The notes below the pieces were generated by a model. That model had not been told where the DNA came from, ran no database searches, and saw nothing but the letters and a program-made list of their open reading frames with translations. A stretch of 61,889 bases of DNA, the filler included, from Platydemus manokwari (lineage: Eukaryota), in assembly GCA_037951405.1 (NCBI GenBank). It is 6 parts of 6 records of this genome, joined end to end, with 100 filler letters (N's around TTAATTAATTAA, not from the genome) between each part and the next. Parts side by side here need not be neighbours in the genome. Positions count along the whole stretch, not along the records: positions 51,192 to 61,889 come from JBBMOY011112442.1; 5 more parts are not named here. One strand, 5' to 3'. Position numbers and translations under genes: made by a program. Shown here one piece after another: positions 52,816 through 61,889 of this stretch. The stretch's first letter is position 1, and each line of letters opens with the position of its first letter.

Positions 52816-55800
52816 ATCTGAATTAATTGATTAAAACAAATTTTTAATGTTTTAATGAGGTATTTATGAAGTCTAGCAATATCCGAAGCGTGAGTGTAGT
52901 GTGTATTTAAATTTACGATAATAACTCAAAGAGAAAGTTTATTTCTAAACAATATACGATATGATCAGATGGAATATAATTCGTAATAATTTTTTGTGTA
53001 TACGTATAATCCACTGAAGTCATTCAGGAACTAGTTCCACTCAAATTTGGAGGAAAAATGAAGTCGAATGATAGTTATTATAAAAAGCAGTCAAATATTT
53101 CTTGGGAGCTTTGACACGCTTTCTGGCATTTTTGAGATGATCATTATTAAATTATAAATATGGATGTTACATATGACTGATTCATTATGAATAAAATTCT
53201 CTTTAAATCTGGCAAACTGTTTAAAAGATAATGTGTCTTGTTTTTTTAAGGAACCTTTTTATAATTTTCTTTTGTTTTCCTATTCCTTTTATCTTTAATT
53301 GTGATTAGAACGTACAATTTATTGATTTCTATTTTGTATACGAAGCAACATGTATGCTGTCATGGTGACATGTATTTTATTTATACGTGACCATGGTGAG
53401 AGTGGATTTCAAAATGATGATGATTATTTTAAAAGATTTTATATTTTGTAAAAAATAAGAGAATTTGAGGGTATGCTGTCGCAGACTGGTCTCTTATTTT
53501 TTTGAGATGTCTTAATAGAACCGGATGTCTTTTTGTGTCTTCTCTATGACTTATAATTAAGCCCACTGCATTCTACAGTTTATCCGATTTCTTTGGAGTT
53601 TTTATGTTCTTTAATTTTTCTTAATTAAACTCCTTGTCACGGTCATTTTTCACTGTCCCATTTCCTACGTCCTCTGTTTTCTCTCATTTTAGTCTACATT
53701 TAGTTCTTCATCGCATCTTTTTAGTAGTACTATTTCGAATTTCTTTCTTGCAGTTTCTGCTTTAATATTTTCCTTCAACTTTTCTTCATATATATTTGAG
53801 CTTGAGGATTGATTAGTGGTTTCATTGCGGTATCACTGTTATTAGAATTTTTGTTTGCAACTCTAGAAATTTTTTTTAACAATCGATAAACTCTTAGAAT
53901 AGTTTATATTACTATTTCAATTTAATTCTGTAATTAATATTGCAAGTAAATTATCTTACAAATAAATTCAATATTTAAAAAATTTCAATGAAATTTTTAT
54001 GTAGCTTCATAAATTCTTTGCAATTTTTAAATTCAAACTTAAACTTTAGTTAAATATAAAGTCAAACTTTAGATTAAAAACTGTTGGGTTCTGTTACGAT
54101 TAGATTTTCCAACATTGTGAGTAGTCTTGAAATTTTTGATAAAGATCTTTGATAATACAAAGCTAAGGAGCTATTTTAAAATCAATAAGATTCTACATTT
54201 CATTATCGATTTAGAATTCGCATTTCCTTGAAAGTTAAAAACTACATCTTAAATTTAAACAAATATAACAAATATATTTTAAAGCTTTTATTAGCCAGTT
54301 ACTATAAAATACACAAAATTAAATAAGAAACATAAATTTAGCACATTTTAATTATTTGAATAGCGGACATGATTTACCTTGGTGATAATGTAAGTAACGA
54401 GATTGTTAATTGAATATAGATCTATGTATATATAATTTTTTTCAAATATTTTTAATGTTTAATATGAGACAAAACGGAATAAAAACACTGATAGAAACCA
54501 TTGGTTACCAAACTTCAAAATGATTGATAAATGGGAACAATAGATGTGTCAGTGGCCAATCAGAACCTTTTAAATTAATTCGTACGTTTCAGTAAACTAT
54601 GAACATAACATAACATAACGAATAACATAAGTGATTCAAAGAATCCTTTTCATTAAATATATAATTTTAACAAATGAAAAGTAAAATTTTTCGAAGCAAA
54701 TTAGTATGCAACTCTCAAGAACAATACTAATTGTTGCATTGTCTGTAATTCTTGCGATTAGCTTTGTGATTATCTTTCATCTTTAGAGTGATTACCTTTT
54801 TGCTTTACGATTATTAAGTGTATATTTTGTGTTTAGTTAATTATACTTTATTTATTCGCTTTTGAGTATTTATAAAAGTGACACTTTAGATATGTGATTC
54901 AAGTTGTGAGTTTAAGTGCTATTAAAAATCTCTCAAAAATTAGTCTTGTTCGATTTTTGATATCAATATTTATACTCCTGATTTATGATGAATTGCACTT
55001 AGTTTAATTTAATATTTTACTTTTTATCAATACGATGTATTTTTATTTAATTTGTTCACGTTAAATTATAACACATTTATATCATTATTTTCTATATTAT
55101 TAAACCGAAGACGTCTTACATTTTTCTTTTCCTCTGTATGGTTTGATTTTTCAGAATGATTGGATTTATATTTTATAATGCAAATTATAATTGTACTTGT
55201 AACAATTCTCATTCAATGTACTACTAGATTACATTATATGATATATTAGAATCATTGTCTCTGTATTTCTTTTTGGTTTTGTACTGTTAAAATATTCATT
55301 TATATCAATAGCGTGAGTTCTTGATGAATATAACTGTATTGGATAATGAAATATAATCTCATTAGCTCTTTTAATAAACATTAAGTCCAATTATTTATAA
55401 AGATTTTTGAATTAAATTTTATTTTACAACGACTAAGCGTATAAATTAACTCAAGCTATTGAGTTTTACAAAGCCACACCTGTAATGATGGGGCTGAGAC
55501 CGTAAGAACTTTCAAATTTTTTTACAGATTTTAATCGATAAAATTTAAAATGTAATTTATCATTCCAAAGAGGAAAATATTTTTGGCCAATTAGTTACTC
55601 AATTAATTCTACTCAAATTTGTAAAAAAATTATTTAATAAATGTTATTTCATTTTGATATCGGCTGTCAACTTTGAAATATTGTTCCAATTTAATTTCCA
55701 GCTTCAAAAATTGCAAATTACGTTTATTCCACGAATTATTGTTCGAATTAACTCTCATGAAGTTGGCTGTCTAGTTGTAGGATGATTTACCAGTTGAATT

Positions 55801-57699
55801 ATATAGATTTTATATATATTTTCATCCTGGGTACTTTGTCCATTGATTAACTGCAAAATTTATTAATTTTTGGTACATTGTAACACTAATCATATTATTT
55901 ATATTTGCGTTTATTAATTTTTCGTTTATTTAATTTTCGCCAAGGACCGCAAGGAAGGTGTGGTTTCACTAGAGACTTAAGTGTAATTAGGTCTTAGATT
56001 CCGGTAACCACTGTTTTGTTGTCAATTTAATTAATTTTAATTTTTATAATTTTGGGAACTGGGTTCAATCTAAAGTTTCACAACAGATACCTTTGAAAAT
56101 AAAATTTATCTTTTAAAAATTATGAAAATGATTTGCTCTTTCTTCACTAGAAATTGCGCTGGAATTCAAATTAATTTATATTTGAATATTTGAACAGTTT
56201 TATAAACGAATTATAAAAGAGAAATTTAGAATTGTCGTATTAGTCGTTGAAAGTTGCTCTGTACATGTTTATATAGATTAAGAAATCTTGATACATTTCA
56301 CCTTCAGAATATTTCTGTGTATCAGTTCTTTTAATGTTGGCTACTTGCACGTAAGAATAGTTTATTGGACAAAATATTTACTTAATATCGATTACTAGGT
56401 AGAGAATAATATTTTTGGTGCATAATTTAATTTTTAGTGCGTTCACAATGTTACTGCTTCTTGTATTTATACTCGTTTTACTTATTTGTTAATTTTATCA
56501 ATTAAAAAATAAATGAAATACACCGTTGTCTGGTGTATATCTTTTGTAATAATATTGAGTAATTGATTGGAATAATGGATTTAAATTAATAAATAAGCAA
56601 AGTTCTGAGTTAATTGCATACGATTGACATTTATTTTTCAATGAATTTGCTTTTGAAATTAATATGCGGTTTATTAAAATCGAGAAATCTAAATTCTGTA
56701 TCTGCTTAAATAATGTTTAATTTCTAAGTTTTTGACTAATTTTCAGTGATTTATAAACAACCATGGTCATTTGTCACGTTACTATGGTGATGTGAATTTA
56801 AATTTAAAAATCTGTGGTTTCTTATTAAATTATCGTTGCAATGTGAATTGGTCTGATTAAACAAAAATTGATATTTATTTAATATTATTCATGAAAATTT
56901 AAATTCTCTAAATATCAGTGTCAGTTTATTTTTTCCACTTGTGAGAAAAATTAATAATTTTATTGTATATAATTTTTATTGGGATAAAAATCATTTTACT
57001 TTCTTGAATACACAATGATTGTGATAATTCATTCTGGATTATTAATTGATTATTACTCTTATTATTATTCGTTATATACCATTGTTTTATATTTTATATT
57101 TATTCTCACTATGTCATATAATACATTTTTTATTTTTAAGAGTAAAATGTTAAATATGAACTTTTCTAAAACAAAAGTATTTCATTATTAAAACATAATT
57201 ATATAAATTTAAACTTCTTTTGCTCCTATGATTTTGTTTGTCTCTCAGTGATCTATTCTAACTTGTTCTTAACGCCCTTTTTTCGGGTTTCGGTCTCTTG
57301 AAAAATCGGTATTGATGAATTCCTTTATTCCTTAAAATAAACAACTCGAAATGTTGACAATAATTTCACAATGGGATCTAAGTTCAAAAGTTAATAATCT
57401 GACTCGACAGATTGGTGTAAAACTATGAGACTAATTTGTATTTTTAAATTATAAATAAGTATTAATAAATAATTCGATAATTCAATAAAATGTAATTGAT
57501 GCCATGCAAAGGAATGAATTAAATAAAATCACAAGATGAGATAAACAAATGATTATTTTAACAATAACGAATAAATGAAACGTAATGATATAAACAAATA
57601 ACCAAGATTTTATTTTCTTTATTAGCTTTCTTATGATGGGTTTGTTGACTTCTTGGGTTTTTTATAAAATATTAGAAATAATATTGTTTAGAATATATA

Positions 57700-60600
57700 A
57701 GGAATACCAATATTAAAAAAAATTTGAAAACGTTATCTGAATATATAATTTAATTTAGATAAAGACAATTAAAAGCAATATTTAATTATTATTGTTCTTT
57801 TTTTATTATTAATTTAGAGTCTCCTGTGTTTTTGCCGCAAAAACCCTTATTGTAAGACAACTGGTTGAAGATTAGGCCTATATGTGCAAGTAATCACTTT
57901 GATTAGGATGAATTTGGTCATTAATTTAAATGTATTTATTAGAATGATTGGACTGGGTCTAATACATTTAAATTTGCAGTAAAATCATATATGTCAATTA
58001 CATTAAAATTGATTGTTAAAGTCATTTGATCAAAATAAAATTACATGAGACGAATGTAGATGATGTGGATTAATTCTAATTCTACAAGAAATTTGTGTTG
58101 TTATTGATTGATTTTTCTGCTAAAGAATTTTTCTTAAAATAATCCTCAAATGATTGAATAGGTGTAATAGTTCTAGATCGTTCTGTCTGAAATATCCTGA
58201 CTGATATAGTGCAATAATTGGCATATTGTATTATCAAGTATAATAGTAGACGCGTTGTAATATTGGACGTAGTATAATATTGGGAGTGCAACCGCCATTT
58301 TTCAATTATATTTATAATTTTCTTCCTTCTTTGTTTGATGCTGGTTCTAATTTTATATTTAATTTAGTTTATTATTAACTTTTATCTTTTTCTGTCGCTA
58401 TTTTTGATGTTTTTAATCTCATCTTTCTGTTTTAATATTTTATTAATACTATTTTTAATTTTTGGTTTATTTTTAGAATTAATTTTAAATTTATTATTGT
58501 TATTTCTGTCTAGAGTAGGCTTCTGATACCCAATAAGTGGTTTTTGAAGTTATGTCTAAATTTTGTTATAAAAAAATTTTCACATCAATCAATCAAACAT
58601 AATTCTTCATAAGACAATTATGAACTTTATAATTACAGCCTAAGGCTAATTATAATCAATGAGACGTTCATCAAGTTAAAAATTTGTTTGACTAATTTTG
58701 ACTAAATTGACTAATTTTTAATGTAACAAGTCTTGTTTAATCATTCAACATTATTAAATAACACAGATAAATTAAAAATTGATACTCAACAAAAATAGTT
58801 TAGCTCATATTGCTACTAATCAAAACTAATAATTAAAACAAAATTCGATATATTTATGCTAGCTTTGAGAATCCTTCAAATTAAAGGCTCTTTAATTTCA
58901 TTTGAATACATTGTTGGGTTCACCTGACGCTAGACGCAAAAAAGCTCATGACTTTCTCTTTAATCATTTATCTGACTCCAAAAGATAGACGTTGCCTCAC
59001 TAAGTTGTATTTATATTACAATGTACAAACAATGATTACACAAAAGGGTTTAACCCTTGATAAGGTTCAGTTAATCACGGAATGAATCCGCTCACAAAGC
59101 TGAGATACTGGCCCATGAGCTTCTCCTGGCATATACTACGTACTCGCGAGCGTAATCAAATTACGGGGGCTCTACACTACTTCTCTCTGACACAATACTG
59201 ATATTCGGAATTCGCTACCTCGAATATCTCAATAAATACAATATATACTTTACTTTAATTTACAAATATCCGGGACTCACTATCCACGAATATTCTATAC
59301 TATTCAAAATATAACAAAACAGTAACCTGCTCCTTGGTTCGCTAATCAATAGTTTCCTTGCAAAAATATCTTAAATTTTCTTGGTAAAATCTTCTAATTT
59401 TCTCGTGGAAAAATTTCGACTTGCTTGAACTGCTTCACTGTCTGTCTTTTTTCCTCTCAATGTGTGAATCGTCTAATGAGTGTGAACGTTTTTATACTAA
59501 AATTGTGCTTGCATCACTTGCAGCACATTTCTCTTTCCCGAGTTAACCTATATTGTCAACTCCTACCTTTATATCAATATCACCTGATATTGATCAATAA
59601 TTTCCTTATTATTTACTAAAAATAAAAATTATTACATTAAAAAAAATCAAACATTTTATATAATTACTTAAAATTTCTTTTTAAAACTATTATTTCCCAT
59701 TTGTATTTATTTTATTAACAATTATTTTCAAAATTATTATTTACCTCGAATCTCTATTTTAAAAAACTTTATTTTATTCTTAATAATTTTATTTACACTA
59801 TTTTAATTAACTTTAAACCTTCAACTTTAATTTTTTCCTTTCTTTAGATTAATTAAGTTGGGCTTTCTCAAAATTATGGGAACTATCTTCTCATTGAGAT
59901 TAAACATAAACGAAAATTTCTTTTTTTACAATTTACAAAAAATAATGTACAACATCAGAGAATGATTTAAGGATTAAATAACTTCACTTCAACTGAAATA
60001 GCAGCTCTAAAACCCTTATGTTTGTACAATAAACCACCGTAACAGATTCAGTTACTTCTGCATAGATAACCATAAATCAACGTCACTACTACCAATTTTA
60101 CATGATGTCGTACTTTACTTTTATAGTGTCACAACTACAGTAGTTTTTAGAGATTACAAATCATTATTCCCATTTGAATTTCAGTTTTGATTTAAAATGG
60201 TAAATTTATCAATTTAACCACTTACAGGTTGGCCTAACCATGAAAATTCAAACATCGTTGTCCCAAAATACCAGTTTTATTGATTCTACGAGAATAATTT
60301 TATGATAATAATATCGTAATAATATTAATTAAATATTTTACGTGTTACTGTAGGTTTTAAATAATCCATTTCATTCTTGTTCTCCGTAAACATTAAAATT
60401 TCTGTGCAAATTTATATTCAGGTCTCAAATACAAGGATTTGATCTTAGTTAAATTCTTTGATTGTTTACTTGGAATGCTTCGACCAGTAAGTCGTTTTAT
60501 TTAATTTCAATTTTTTTATAACAGTAATGTAATGTTTGAATTAGTTTGATAAAAATTCCTAGGTGATCAAATTATTGCTTGTAATAATTTTTGATTTCTC

Positions 60601-61620
60601 GATTCTTCAAATTTTCTGATCGTTGATGAAAGAAATATAATAAATCACATATTCGTTGTTTTTTCTTATTTAGGAACTTACATCTGATTTAATGTTCAAA
60701 TTTTTTAATAAACCACATTCAATATAAAAATTGGTAACAACATACTTTAACCGAAGAGAGATAGAGCCGTACTGACAGATCAATATTCTCAAATGTTCTT
60801 ATTGTCAAATATTGGACTGTTTTCATGAGTTACTATTAATTGTTCAAATCGGTTTGCTAGGTTTTTCATAGATTCTCAATCTGGCAATTGCGTACACTAT
60901 ATACTAAGGAAATCGGATATAACCTTGCTGTCTTCGAAACACTCAAAGAGCTTCGTGATGATTATTGATAGTTTCGAGATCAATGGTTTACTGAAATTAA
61001 GGAATTTCTGAATATCGATTTTACCTATCTTTATACATGTCTCTCAGTTCATTGGAAACGTCAGCACCGAAAATTGGAAATAGCCAGCAAATTTTTTGAT
61101 TTTCTGAATTTTTTTGATGAGATTAATCGTTGATAGGATTGATGCTGGCAATAAATGATAAGATCGAAACTAGTTGGTAGTCGTGGATTGATTATGTCTT
61201 GTGAAAATTGTGAACCGGTTAGTCGGGATCTTTTTTATAAGTTGTGATTGCCGGGACGTCATTGTATAGTATTCTTGTGTGTGATCGAAGGCTTTCAAAG
61301 ACCACTAAATCGTGCTGATGACATCGAAATAGTAGGTTTGGATGAGTGTAGGGAAGGGAATCCAAGTCCTGAATCCAATGGTGAATAGTAGTTCGCCAAA
61401 TTTCAATATCTTGAGTGAAATTCAGTACTTATGATCATGTGATCATGTTTGGAGATTATGTTTGTTGTGCATTAAATTTATGCTGATTGTGATTTTGAAC
61501 AGGCAACTAGGGATTTTTTCCTTAAGTTGTGTTTGCAGGGACGTTATCTAAAAATTGTAATTCATTGTAATTCATTATTGTAATTCATCGTTATTGTTAT
61601 TCAGAGTGGGATTGCATCCA
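57700..61620 (-). mobile_element. Decayed LTR retrotransposon region (gag-like, integrase-like, polypurine tract, LTR-like segment, PBS-like site)
   Basis: On the minus strand: weak integrase-like KLVVV (~60100), purine tract AAAGAAAGGAAAAAA (~59831-59845), a TATAAAA-containing LTR-like stretch, and TGGGTATCAGAAGC PBS-like motif (~58519-58532). No intact ORF. Confidence 0.4.
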
Positions 61621-61889
61621 CCAGTTAGATGGAGTTAACAGATGGGTTTTTTGATACAACACCTTGGTTACTCATATGTAGATGATTTTGAAGTTGATAA
61701 TTGAATGGGAATGTGGAGTATTCCTCCTTATCGAGGTCAGTCTTAGAGATCGTATTGTATCCTTCCCCAGAGATTAGTCCTCGAATGATATCTGAATAAA
61801 AATGCAAGTAAAGTGACATAAGTGTAGTTATACTATGTAAGTATATTAACACTGTTCTATTTCAAAATTGAATTATTCTAAATATAAAA

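Overview
AT-rich eukaryotic (animal) genomic DNA, not prokaryotic. Many ~50-nt GT-AG introns, (ATT)n tracts and the TE content fit a lophotrochozoan such as a planarian flatworm, but the taxon is an inference. Six contigs of about 9-12 kb are joined by five identical artificial 100-bp linkers (44 N + TTAATTAATTAA + 44 N), so adjacency across linkers is not reliable. Genes reconstructed by hand: a complete 3-exon TMEM35/NACHO-family gene (-), a WSB1-like WD40 gene (+, SOCS-box end missing), a GT7 beta-1,4-Gal(NAc)-transferase (+, 3' truncated), an intronless type II membrane FkbM methyltransferase split by a frameshift (+), and the last 13 exons (~1,050 aa) of a SCO-spondin-like TSP1/TIL/VWC/cystine-knot secreted protein (-). 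The rest is mostly decayed Ty3/Gypsy, mariner, Polinton and possibly LINE sequence. The best leads for something undescribed are a pair of tandem micro-ORFs sharing EVAATN with synonymous divergence (21325-21594) and the membrane-anchored FkbM enzyme as a candidate glycan O-methyltransferase. Neither can be called a new system from sequence alone.
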